Shown here piece by piece: positions 24,850 to 37,148 of a DNA stretch of 64,000 nucleotides (position 1 is the first letter of the stretch; each line of letters begins with the position of its first letter). The position numbers and the translations under genes are program-made. This DNA is from Eledone cirrhosa. Lineage: Eukaryota. The notes beneath the pieces were generated by a model. The model ran no database searches, was not told the origin of the DNA, and saw only the letters and a program-made list of their open reading frames with translations. The stretch is from contig OZ024743.1 in assembly GCA_964016885.1 (NCBI GenBank), forward strand, positions 241,304,001 through 241,368,000. Direction: 5' to 3'.

Positions 24850-27800
24850 AAGTTCTCAATAGGGAGGAAGCGTTTTGGGGTCACACACACCCCTGAAAAA
24901 GTGTGCGACCCTTCTGCCAGGGAGCACAGAGAGAGGGTGCTCCCCTCTTCTCTTGCCTCTACAGACTGATATAGACAGAAGGCCCGTTCACACAGGCCAT
25001 TCTCGCCACTTTCACCCACCTTTCATAAAACCGGCTGGGGCCGAGGGCCACTCTCTCTATTCTGATCCTTCTTCCGAAGTGATATCGGAAGAAGAGGACC
25101 AGCTGTTGGCCGGAGAGAAAGACGCCCGACCTCAGCCCTTTCAGTCTCGTCCACCACACAGCTTCTTTCGCCATGGCTACTACACACAGAAAGACCGCCT
25201 TTCCTTTGTTTTCGACGCGGGGAGGCGGTGGTCAACCGGATTGGCGCCACCCGTGACAGCAGTCGTTCGACATAGCCCCACAGATCGGCAATGCCAGGGC
25301 ATTGTACCAGTACGTGCGCAACGGTTTCCTCGTCGCGCAGGCATCTGGAACAGTTCTTTCGCGAGGGATCCCCGCCCGGGCACCCGTGTCTGTAGAGCCT
25401 TTCTCGAACGGGCAGAGCCCCTCAGTAGCACTGCCAGGCAAGGGACCTCTGGAAGTTGTCCATAGGTCCCGGGCCAAATGTCCTACCGAACAGGCTGGCC
25501 AGTTCGTCTTCCTCCATGCCTAGGGACTCACCAAGGGCGTCGTCGCCCCCGCTAGCCACCAGCCCTCTATAGAATGTCGAGGTGGAATCTCCACTGATAG
25601 TCGGGTCCGCCTGCCAGAGAGCTGTGAGCGCCTGGGCACACTCAGTGTGCCAGGCGCCCAGTTTTCTCGGTCTTCGCTTTACCCAGGATTGCAGCTCGGT
25701 GAGCAAGACGAATTTCGGAAAAGCTCGTCTCACAAACAGGGCCCACACCAGTTGCCCGGTGAGGAATACCTGGAGGTGCCGTAGCCTCGATGCGTGTTTA
25801 CGCATCAGTAGCCACGGCATCCCCAGCCCTCCTTTCAGAGAGTGTTGGCAGCCGATGGATCTCCTCACCATAGGAGGCCGCCCCTTCCAAAGGAATCGGA
25901 AGAGCGTGCGCTCCATAAGATCGAGAGTTTTCTTGGGGCAAGGCACGACCGCCAGGCGGTAGTGGATGACGGACGCTATATAAGCGTTCGCCACCTCCGC
26001 CTGGCCTTTCAGGGATATTTTGCACTTGGCCCACTTCTGGGTCAACGCAAAGACCCTGCTGGGCACCTCGCCCCAGTTCTTCTCCACCTGGAGGTCCGGT
26101 CCAAACCAGACCCCGAGTAACTTCACCGGTCCCTCCGTCCAGCGTCCGACGACGCCATCGGAGGGCATCGGTTTGCCCCTCCACATTCCGAGTTGCTAAC
26201 CGATCGACATGTTCCGGTTCAGTTTAGCTCCTGTCAAACTTTCGTACTCCTCAAGTAAGGTGCCGATTGCTACGATTTCTGAGGCGGTCGACACCATTAC
26301 GGTTACGTCGTCGGCGTAGGCCGACACCGCTTTGTGCCATCCGGGTTCCAAGGGTATGCCCAGCAACAATTCCAACTTCCGCAGCAGAGGCTCGAGGGCC
26401 AATACGTACAGAAGGGAGGAGAGAGGGCACCCCTGTCGGATGGAGCGGGCGATTTCGAACGGCTCCGAGAGGTAGTCGTTCACCTTGACTCTAGAGCAGA
26501 TGCGGCTGCTATGCATGGCAGAGATGCAGCCCCTGAAAACGGGCCCGAAACCAGCCGCCGCTAGCACCGCATCCAGGTAACAATGGTCGACCCTATCGAA
26601 TGCTTTAGACTGATCCAAGTTGATCAGGGCCCCACCAAAGCCGGGTTGTTCCCAACCCTCTCTATGCTGTATCGCATGAGGTGGAGGTTGTCGTGAATGG
26701 ACCTGGCCGGAATGGCGGATGTCTGCGCATCTCTCACCAGTCCGCCCACGACAAGCACCAACCTCTTTGCTAGCACCTTGGCCAAAATGTTTAACTCTGC
26801 ATTAAGCAGGGTTATGGGCCTAAAATTACTAATATCGTCCCCCTTGTTCTCGTCCTTCCTCACTAGCGAGACTACACCCTTGGTCACAGAGCAGGGAATT
26901 CCCCCAGCCTGTTGCCAGTTTCAGTAGACCACCTCGGGGAGATCGGAGAACAAGTCCGGCATACTAATATAGAATTCGTAGAGCAGACCATCGAGGCCTG
27001 GAGATTTGCGCTTTCCGCATAGGCTTAGCACGCTCCCTATTTCAACAGCTGAGATCGGCCCCTCACAGGACCTCTCCCCCCCCTCGTCCGAAAGACGCGG
27101 CAGGCCGTCGAGTTATGGACCGAAATCCACATCACCCCGCCCCCCACGGCCCTTCCGAACAATTGGGCGAAGTACCCCTGAAAGGCCTGACACATCTACT
27201 CAGGTTCAAGGATCGTCCGTCCATCCTGGTCTCGCAAAGACCGGATGGTGGATTTAATTCCACTCTTGGCTTCTGTCACGCGGGCCCAGCTAACAGCTTT
27301 GGTCCCCTCGTTTCCTAGCGCACGTATTTTGCTTCGGACGACGCAGCCTTCGTGCTTCGCGTCGAAAAACTGACTCAAGGCCGTTCTCGACGCTAGCACT
27401 TTAGCCACGTCTTCGCTCCTAAATGCCTCTTCTACATTAGCTATCAACTCCCTTTCCTTTCTATTCCTATCCGAGGCTAGTTCCTTACTATAACCTATCG
27501 ACACTAATCTAATCTCTCTCTTGAGAGATACCCACCACCTGCTGTTGACGACTGCACCCGTCAACCGTTCCTTAACTAAAGTACTAATCCGGTTCCTGTA
27601 AGCTCCCCTTGCCGGTAAGGACAAGTTGAGCTTCCAGTAACCGGGTCCCTGTGTATGGGTTCTATCAAGGTTGACCATACAGGTCACTAGTTTGTGATCT
27701 GAATAGTCAACCATGAGCATATCTGGACAACTTATTAGGTCCCTATCCTTAATTCTAACTAGCATCCTATCTAGGTACGATCTAGATTGTGTGGTGTGGT

Positions 27801-28362
27801 TGGTCCAAGTACAGGTTGGGGCATTCGGACAATCTAGTCGAAATCTATCGGCCAGGTCAAATCGGCCGAGTAACTCCTTGAGGCTTTGACACCCCCTCTA
27901 TCGGGACATGCCCCTGCATAGTCCCAACGTGCATCTAGCATACCATTCCAGTCCCCCACTAAAAGCAGGGAACGGGAAAAGCCTCCAGGCACCGGAAGAA
28001 GTCGGGACGTTCTGCCCCGAAGGGGGCGTAAACGGCCACCAGCCTAAAGGCCTCACCTTCACCACTGTCAACGTCCAACACCTGCAATCGACCTCCCGGG
28101 TCCGAGTGAACAATCTGTGCGGCGAGACCCAGATGTTTCTGCAGCAGTACGACAAACCCACCCCACCTCTGGGCTGACAGAGAGATGCGTGCATCTCAAA
28201 GTCATCGAAGGCGGGGGCCAACTGTCGTACGCTGCTGATCCGGGACTCGCAAATCGCCATCACATTTACACCGCGCGACCTGAGGTCGTTTTGAAGCTTA
28301 GCTTGCTTCCAAGCCAAGCCCAGGCCACGCACATTCAGACAACCAACTCTCAATCGAGTCAT
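24850..28362 (-). pseudogene. Tx1 ORF2 (APE + RT) of element 3, many stops and frameshifts
   Basis: MTRLRVGCLNVRGL, YSDHK, FRPITLLNAELNILAKVLAKRL, DQSKAFDRVDH, RQGCPLS, AYADDV. Confidence 0.9.
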
Positions 28363-28392
28363 GTTTGAGCTAGAGTAAAGAAAAGGGGTCGC

Positions 28393-30088
28393 CTACCTCA
28401 CTGCGCCGCATGGACCGGGCTGCAAAACTTCCATGGGGGTGGTGTTGTTGGGTGGGGTGGTGTTTTGTGGAGGTGTGGGGGGTATTACTGTGTGGTGGAG
28501 TTGGGGTGTTTGGAGTTGAGCGGGTGTTTGGAGTGGGGAAATCATTTAGGAGGACTCGATTGACTGGTTTCACACAGGGTGGTCCTACTTCCTCCGGGTA
28601 AGTTTTTCTGAGCGTTCTATAAGTGCCCAGAGGGACTTTTACCATTTTTAGTTTAGGGTGTCTCTCTGCGATTTTAAAGTCAGACCCTACGGTTTGTACC
28701 GCAGGGTTATTATGTATTATGTTGCGTAATTGTTTGTTTTCTTTGTTGATGTATGTATAGTATATTTGTGTGGATGTGTTTGGTTCTTGAATAGTTGTGG
28801 TCGTTATGTTTTGGGGAGGGGGCATTTCTGTTTGTGTGTGTAATGTGTTTGCGTTTTTTTCTTTTTACCAATTGGAAAGAACCTCCTTCGTCCTGGGACG
28901 TTTGGAGGTCCTCATCCGAATTGGCAGGTAGGGGGATATTTTGCGGCGGTGTTGTGTCGGTGCGTGTATTTGAGTTTGTGGGTGGGACTGTGTTTTTTGT
29001 GTTTTCTTGTTTTTGTTGTTGTCGTGGTGGTGTAGTTTGTTGTTTTTTGTGGTGATGGTGGTGATTGTGTTTGGTGCGTGTTTGTTTTCTGTGTGGGTGG
29101 TACAGTGATCCGTATCTTGGTGGTTTGTTTTTGTTGACGTTGTGGTACTGTTGGGGGTGTGGTTTGTTGTTTTTGTGGTGGAGGTGGTGGTGTATTTTGT
29201 GTAATTGTTGTTGGTATGGGTAATAATGGTGTTCTTTTTTGGGGCTGGGGACAGACAGCCCTCACATGCCCTCTGACGCCACGGAGAAAACAGGAGGGTC
29301 GCCTCACCTCAATGATAATGTTTATGAGGGTTTTATCCCCTAGGGTGACGCGTTCAGGGATTTGAGCAATTCTTTCGAGCCTCATTTGCACTATGAGTTC
29401 GAGGCCCGTTCCATTGTACGCGTCACCCGAAGCCTTTCCTATGGCAATTAGAATGTCGTCGTTTAGATCCAGTAAGCCGGTTAGGACCCACCAGTAGTCC
29501 ATGATGGGTATCAAGCTATGGATTTTTATTTTTTACGTCCTTCTACCCATGCATGTGGGGTAGAAGGTGTACGCTGCTGACACCAATGGCGTCACTGACA
29601 GTTCCTCGGCCGCTGCCTTTGTTTTCATTAGTACGGACAAACTTCCGTACAATTTGTCTTTTTCGATAAAGACCACATTTCTCATTTTCTCTCTTAGGAC
29701 CAACTCAATGTCTTTTTGTGTTGGTTGTGTTGGTTTCTGGGTGTTACTAGATATCGTTCTGAATGCCACTGTATTCAGTTCTTTTTGTTTCTGCCATTCC
29801 AGGGGTGGGGTGGGGTAGTAGGGGGGTATTGTAAAAGCCCCGTTTCCCCCCTGAACTATGTACTGCTTAGCTTCTGCCAGTAACTTCTTTGCGTTACTAA
29901 TGTCCTGCTGTACGTATTCTATCGATTTCCTTGCCGTCTGGGCGAAGGAAATTTTCTTTTGTTGGTTGCTTTCTTCTGTTTTGTTTTTGCCATTATTATT
30001 TTTTCCAGGCAATTGTTATTAGTTTTATCCCTTTCCGTTGGCATACTGTCCGTGGACTTAATGGGTGTTGTTGACATTTTTCCGTCAT
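28393..30088 (-). pseudogene. Tx1 ORF1 of element 3
   Basis: ISFAQTARK and RRPSCFLRGVRGHVRAVCP (mutated knuckle). Confidence 0.75.
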
Positions 30089-30540
30089 AATTTTTTTCTT
30101 AAACCCCCAGAAGGGGCAAGAATATACAAAATATTGCCACTCGCTCACCAGTGTAGGCGAGTGGCTACAATATTCAATAAGAAACAAAGTTCTACTTACA
30201 GAATAACAAGTAAAAGGGTAACAACAAAAAAGATAACAAGTAAAATAATCAAAAATTCGCAGTAGAAGAAAGACACGTCTGACTCCGAATTACCGTGTAG
30301 TAGATATAGAGAGCTGGGGAGTTTAGGGGTGATTGATATACAGAGGGAGATTGCGAGAGATAAGTGTAGATATTTATAGAGAGTGAGAAAGTGTATTAGT
30401 ATTAGATAGAGAGAGTAGGATCACAGAGGCGGTCTCGTGGTGAATATAGAGAGGGGTAGAGCTTGGTTTTAGCAGATACAGAGAGGGGGATTAAAAGAGA
30501 ATTTTTTTGTGACAGACATAAAGAGGAGGAGAGTTTGGTG

Positions 30541-30858
30541 GCACTCTCAGGTCCCAAATAATAGGAGGGGTGACAATAAAGGGAGGCGGGGAGTCAGTAA
30601 TTGTACAGTGTACGTTCGTAAACTTGTAATGTTCTTTTGTCATATATAATGGGTTTTTTTTATGTAAAATAAAATCATTATTAGATTCTCCAGCTGCTGT
30701 ATCAATATTAATCAGTTATAATAAGATTTCGCCGGAGATAGAGTAACCAAATTTAATAAGCCGGTTGGGGGTGGGGTGGAATAAAAACCGGGTGGGGCGG
30801 GGAATCTGACAAATTAATGAGTGACGGGTGGGGACCATTATTCAAGACTGAGAGTACG
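30541..30858. mobile_element. Possible small non-autonomous DNA transposon (MITE) with imperfect TIRs
   Basis: G(C)ACTCTCAG..AATAAT at the left end vs ATTATT..CTGAGAGTAC at the right end. Confidence 0.35.
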
Positions 30859-30930
30859 TGAATTATTGACGGACGTAAGAATGAAAACTTAATACCGAAG
30901 GAGAGGTTAAATATTCATTTATTATGGCTA

Positions 30931-31030
30931 AGCTTTGTTAATCTGGAGTCTCACCTGCGTACTCACAGGAACATCAAACAAGACTGGTGATTCTGTGAGT
31001 ACGCAGGTGAAGGTTTAGAATAACAAAGCT
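30931..31030. other. 100-nt imperfect hairpin
   Basis: AGCTTTGTTA/TAACAAAGCT outer stem and TCACCTGCGTACTCACAG/CTGTGAGTACGCAGGTGA perfect 18-bp inner stem. Confidence 0.8.
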
Positions 31031-31129
31031 CACCAATCTTAACTATAATAAAGGGAGGAGTGCGGGACAGCATCCAGAATATACTTTTTAATCTCGTTAG
31101 TAAAATAAGTTGTATTATTTTGAATAGAT

Positions 31130-31312
31130 AATTGTTTCTACTCTTGGCACAAGGCCAGCAATTACCCAGTACATTACTCGTACTTTATTTTATCGACCCC
31201 GTAAGGATGAAAGGCAAAGTTAACCTCGGCGGGATTTGAACTTAAATCGTAAAGAGACGTAACTACGCTGGATAGCATGTCTGACCCTCTACCAATACTG
31301 CCAATTCACCGA
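31130..31312 (-). mobile_element. Full-length tRNA-derived SINE
   Basis: Family consensus on the minus strand; AATAGATAA on both flanks (likely TSD). Confidence 0.85.
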
Positions 31313-31496
31313 TAATAGATAACAAATGAATTTATCTACTCAATTTCGTAATAAATGGTTAATCATAAATAATTTTAATATATATTTCAAGATTCACTTC
31401 TTTTAAAAGATTCAAAATTCAATACTACCGGTATATGGCCACAACCGCCACCAACACCACCACCACTACCACCACCATATATATATATATATATAT

Positions 31497-32119
31497 TTCT
31501 TTTCAATGGATGTCCGTAAGGACTATCCATTTATTTTTGAGACTTGAACCGTACGGTAAAGGTAACTACAGCAGGTACAGTGAATTATTTAAAATTTATT
31601 TTAAAACTTTTTCTTATTTGCTAAACCTTGATTATATATGTTCTGGCTTGTTAATTTATTAACCTGCCATAGAACCACATTGGCATATGGTTGGATAATA
31701 CATGTGTCCCTATATGTATTTTGCATGTAGGGATATATACTTTATTATTATTAATCTCACCTGGTCGAGATAACATTTTGGTCGTTTTGACTGCTGCTAT
31801 TTCTAGTGGCAGTGGATTGACCTTTCTGCCTCTGCCTTCTATCTTTGCACACGGCACTGGACAGAATTGCTTCTATATCATTCATTCTCATCTCGGGAAC
31901 AATTTTGAATAGCGCCAATTCGTAATTCGAACTCGGGAATTTTATATTCTCCAAGTGAAAAGAACCTTCTGACGAGAGCCTTTCTTTTTCAATGGATGTC
32001 CGTAAGGACTATCCATTTATTTTTGAGACTTGAAACCGTACGGTAAGTGTAACTACAGCAGGAACAGTGAATTTTTAAAAATTTATTTTAATACTTTTTC
32101 TTATTTGCTAAACCTTGAT

Positions 32120-32125
<6 letters not shown>
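31497..32125 (+). mobile_element. Non-coding HHR element with ~140-bp direct repeats (partial tandem pLTR or retrozyme-like unit)
   Basis: 31497-31638 is repeated at ~31985-32125. The repeat contains the HHR 3' half, and the two GUA sites (31558, 32045) are 487 nt apart. Confidence 0.7.
31964..32050 (+). ncRNA. Type-I hammerhead ribozyme with extended helix II
   Basis: ACCTT-CTGACGA-GAGCCTT...AATGGAT-GTCC(gtaa)GGAC-TATCCATT...GAGACTT-GAAA-CCGTACGG-TA. The upstream copy retains the matching helix I strand AAGGT. Confidence 0.7.
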
Positions 32126-32151
<26 letters not shown>

Positions 32152-32250
32152 AAGCATGTATTGAGTTAGAAATTCAAAATATAGTATAACTGAACAAAAA
32201 AGAAAAACGGACACAGACATATTCATGTATGCGTTCAAAGATACTAATTT

Positions 32251-32335
32251 TTCACCCGCTGATGAGCCAAGAATTTGATATAGCTCTTCACAGATAATAT
32301 TGCGAAACGGTTCCATCAAAAACCATCCGGGTGAA
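32251..32335 (+). ncRNA. Type-I hammerhead ribozyme
   Basis: TTCACCCG-CTGATGA-GC...GC-GAAA-CGGTT(ccatcaaa)AACC-ATC|CGGGTGAA. Helix I is a perfect 8 bp. The motif lies between ~57-bp inverted repeats (32183-32239 / 32459-32515). Confidence 0.75.
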
Positions 32336-32595
32336 TGGTAGTTACCACAATACTGGTTTGTATTTATTTTTCTTGATTTATTATTAAATTGAGTCTAGCA
32401 AACCCTATTATCTGTAGTTAGTATTTTTTTCACCTTAGCATTTCTGGTCCATTACGATTTGAACGCATACATGCATATGTCTGTGTTCGTTTTTCTTTTT
32501 TGTTCAGTTATACTGTATGGCTCGGAAAAACCTTTTTTCTGGAGCTAATTTTACTGTAATGAGACTATTTTGAGTTTCTAACTAATACATGCTTT

Positions 32596-32646
<51 letters not shown>

Positions 32647-32716
32647 GAGCGAGAAAGAAAGAGCGATACAAGGAGACTATGTGACACATACACACACATA
32701 TATATATATATATATA

Positions 32717-32836
32717 TAATAGGAGTTAGTAAGACCCCGACGGCTGAGCTCAAGCCGTTTCGACGGCTAATTCAGTACAGAATTAGCCGTCGAAACGGCT
32801 TGAGCTCAGCCGTCGGGGTCTTACTAACTCCTATTA
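32717..32836. repeat. Perfect 57-bp-arm palindrome built from the 3' half of a hammerhead-like motif
   Basis: 32717-32773 is the exact reverse complement of 32780-32836, with loop AGTACA. The arm reads GAAAC-GGC..GCC-GTC|GGGGTC. A related single arm is at ~44363-44418. Confidence 0.9.
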
Positions 32837-32910
32837 CCCACTCTACTACCCTAAGTATTGAGTACTTTGGTGCATTATGGTCCACCTGGTTCCTTACCAC
32901 TTTTCCCTCG

Positions 32911-33571
<661 letters not shown>

Positions 33572-33879
33572 AGGGTGTTAAAGTTTGCTTGAAGCATTGT
33601 GAAATGTGTAAAAATACGTATTTTTATATATATATATATATATATACATATGTATATATATGTATATATATATAACTAGGTAGTGAAGTGGAACTTCCGC
33701 TGTTTGTAAACAAAGCTAATTTTCAAAACAACGCTAAGCTCTGTAACTTTATATATACTAGCAGAACGACCTCCCTTCAGGCGGTTTTCTGCTACCATAT
33801 GTAGTGTATATATTGGTTTTATACGCAAATATATATGCTTATAGATATATGTAAATAGAAAAGTAAATTGACAATATCT

Positions 33880-34525
33880 TCTTCACCCACTTAATTCTGA
33901 GAAGGTCGTGGGGGCAGAGTCTTCTTCAAACACTCCTTCCAGCGAGTCTGTCAGAAGCAAACATCTCTAACTGATCCAGCTGGATCCTCAAGCAAGACCA
34001 GCCAAGCTCATGGATGTTATCCAACTATCTTGCTCAGGGTCTACCTCTGGGTCTCTTGCCGGTTTGTTTTGCCTGTAAAATCTATCCAGCGATTCTTTCA
34101 CGAGACATTCTAACCACATGCTCATAATATCGGAGTTGTGATCTCTCAATTCGAGAAGTAGCGGCTCTACCAGGAGTGACTCTCTGATCTCTGAGTTATG
34201 GCCTTTATCGAGTAACGTTACTCCAAAGACCCTTCTGAGGAACCCCATTTCTGCCGTTTGTATTTGCAATTGTATTATTTCGGTCATTACCCAAGATTCA
34301 AGACCCTCAGTAAGGGTTGACAGAAATACCAGGAAGACAGCGAGTTTGGCTTTTTCACCTACCTCCCTTCTTCTGATTACTGAATGCTGAAGCTGGCGCA
34401 TTACTGCATCAGCTTTTGCAATTCTTTCAATTAATCAGCCTCTTGCCTTCCATCACACATGATACTTGAACTTCTCCAGCTGCTTCAGTGGAACTCCATT
34501 CACATGTATATAAACTTGAGCGACT
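33880..34525 (-). pseudogene. RTE-clade LINE RT C-terminal fragment (left arm of fold-back)
   Basis: QIQTAEMGFLRRVFGVTLLDK..NSEIRESL, preceded by QLEKFKY; typical of the RTE C-terminus. Confidence 0.65.
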
Positions 34526-34649
34526 TCTGTCCATCCGTCCGTCACAAAATGTGTGTGTGTTTCTGTGAATGTATGTGTGTGTCAAAGGAAGGTGGGGGAT
34601 ACACATATAAATGTTTCTAACTTAAAAACGGTGACACATACACACACAC

Positions 34650-34681
<32 letters not shown>

Positions 34682-34799
34682 GACACACACATACACATAT
34701 ATAAGACACACACATCTCTAATTTAAGAATGCCAAGAAACTCACGCGCGCGCACATACACACACTGTTCTATTACCACTGAAGAGGTTTGGCCTGAGCA

Positions 34800-35300
34800 A
34801 ATATCCCCTCAATTTTGAAACCGGAGAATTGATGGGAAAAGACCTGACAGCCTTACCTTGTGCTCCTGGTCGAGAGGCAGGTGCCTTGTCTGGGACATCA
34901 CAGTTACTGACTGTTTTGCCTCTTCCCACATCCTGGATGCAGCAGTAAAAGTGAGAGCCACAGCATCCGCAGCTGAACTGAACAAAATCCTAAAATACCG
35001 TGTTCTGTTGACTAACTACATTTTCCAGCCTGTGGCGTTCGAGACGTTTGGGGAAGTTGGGCTATTGAATGCGAGATCTTATCTTCACTGGCGGCTCGCC
35101 TAACAGAGGTAATTGGTGAAGCTTGTGAAGGCGCTTGGTTGTTCCAATAGCTCAGCCTCGCCTTCGCTCGAGGTAACGCTGCGAGTGTACTGGCTTGCCT
35201 CAAAAATTATTAGAGAGTTTTCCCAGTGCTCTCCGCGATATTGTTATCTTTTGCTCTGGTAGTAGCTCGTTTGAGCACCCTCTTCGCCTGCCTTTTGTTA
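34800..35300 (+). pseudogene. Restriction-like endonuclease (PD..D) 3' fragment of a CRE-like non-LTR element
   Basis: KRPDSLT..CSWSRGRCLVWDITVTDCFA...KILKY...FQPVAFETFG. An inverted copy lies at 36180-37000. Confidence 0.65.
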
Positions 35301-35419
35301 TATGTGGTCCTAGATGTATGTATTACCTGCTTCTGTGTTGTATATGGTCCTAGATGTGAGTATTATTTGCTTGTGTGTTGTATGTGCACGTGTGCGCATA
35401 TGTGTATATACATACATAA

Positions 35420-36175
35420 CAAGCAGGTAATAAACACAACTAGGACCACATACAACACACAATAGGTAATACTCACATCTAGGACCACATACAACTCTCA
35501 AGCAGGTAATACACACATCTAGGACCACATACAACTCTCAAGCAGGTAATACACACATCTAGGACCACATACAACTCTCAAGCAGGTAATACACACATCT
35601 AGGACCACATACAACTCTCAAGCAGGTAATACACACATCTAGGACCATATACAACTCTCAAGTAGGTAATACACACATCTAGGACCACATACAACTCTCA
35701 AGCAGGTAATACACACATCTAGGACCACATACAACTCTCAAGCAGGTAATACACACATCTAGGACCACATACAACTCTCAAGCAGGTAATACACACATCT
35801 AGGACCACATACAACACATAAGCTAGTAATAAACACATCTAGGACCACATACAACTCTCACGCAGGTAATACACACATCTAGGACCACATACAACACACA
35901 AGCAGGTAATACACACATCTAGGACCGCATACAACACACAAGCATGTAATACACACATCTAGGACCACATACAACGCATAAGCTAGTAATAAACACATCT
36001 AGGACCACATACAACACACAAGCAGGTAATACCCACATCTAGGACCACATGCAACACACAAGCATGTAATACGCAGACCTAGGACCACATACAAAACACA
36101 AGCAGGTAATACATACATCTAGGACCACATGCAACACACAAGCAGGTAATACATACATCTAGGACCACATACAAC
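35420..36175 (+). repeat. 40-bp minisatellite, ~19 copies
   Basis: Unit AAGCAGGTAATACACACATCTAGGACCACATACAACTCTC. About two inverted units sit at 35297-35385. Confidence 0.95.
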
Positions 36176-36179
36176 AAAA

Positions 36180-37097
36180 GGAAGGCGAAAGGGGTGGACA
36201 AACGAGCTACTACCAGAGCAAAAGATAACAATATCACGGGGAGCACTGGGAAACCTCTTTAATAAGTTTTGAGGCAAGCCAGTACACTCGCAGCGTTACC
36301 TCGGGTGAAGGCGAGGCTGAGGTACTGCAACAACCAAGCGCCTTCACGAGCTTCACCAATTAACTCTGTTAGGCGAGCCACCAGTGAAGATAAGATCTCG
36401 CAGTCAGTAGCCCGACTTCCCCATACGTCTCCAATGCCACCGGCTGGAAAATGTAGTTAGCCAACAGAACACAGTATTTTAGGATTTTGTTCTGTTCAGC
36501 TGCGGATGCTGTGGCTCTCGCCCTTACTGTTGCATCCAGAATGTGGGAGAAGCAAATGAGTCACTAACTGTGATGTTTTCTTTGTTTTCTTTTTTTCTAG
36601 TAGTAGCAGCATTGTGTTAACAGCGTTATTTCTGATACATTTATTCATATTTTTAAAGATGATGGTTTATCAATTGAAGATTTAGCTGCTGGTCATACAA
36701 CGGTTCTAAAAACATCTGACTGAAAAAATGACAAGACAGTCAATCATATTGGTGGCCTCCCCACAGCCCCGGCGGGCAGAATAGAGAAGGCGTTTGCTGG
36801 AGGACGACAAGGGAAACGCGCTGGAAAAGCCATTCCAACTCGCTGGGCTCACACCTGCGACTGGACAGTTCAGCGCCTATGGTGGTAGACAAGGCATCTG
36901 CCCCTTGACCAGGAGCACAGAGTAAGACCGTCAGGTTTTCACATCAATTCTGGACAACCCAGAAGGTTTCAAAATTAAGGGGTTGTTTGCCCGGGTCAAA
37001 CCTCTTCAGTGGTAATAGAACAGTGTGTGTATGTGCGCGCGCGTGAGTTTCTTAGCATTCTTAAATTAGAGATGTGTGTGTCTTATATATGTGTGTG

Positions 37098-37100
<3 letters not shown>
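36180..37100 (-). repeat. Inverted copy of 34681-35300 (CRE-like fragment) containing a further inserted RLE-element 3' end (~36575-36890)
   Basis: Reverse-complement match, e.g. AAACCTCTTCAGTGGTAATAGAACAGTGTG vs CACACTGTTCTATTACCACTGAAGAGGTTT. The insert reads ELEWLFQRVSLVVL on the minus strand. Confidence 0.75.

Positions 37101-37148
<48 letters not shown>

Larger units (their letters stand above)
24756..30290 (-). mobile_element. Tx1-clade element 3, full-length but decayed, 18-bp TSD
   Basis: ORF1 and ORF2 motifs as in element 1. TACCGTGTAGTAGATATA is duplicated at 24738-24755 and 30291-30308. The 5' end has CAGACGTG and the 3' end has AATAAA. Confidence 0.93.

Noticed and set aside
21060-27200. 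Element 2 truncates at ...ILEP and the element 3 ORF stops at ...ILEPE*
   Set aside because: Element 3 continues colinearly past a simple nonsense change, so the coincidence has no further support.
14697-28368. Numerous plus-strand ORFs of 60-200 aa over the Tx1 elements
   Set aside because: Antisense shadows of GC-richer retrotransposon coding sequence.
35420-36175. Regular 40-bp array considered as a CRISPR-like array
   Set aside because: Units are contiguous with no unique spacers, there are no cas genes and the context is eukaryotic: a minisatellite.
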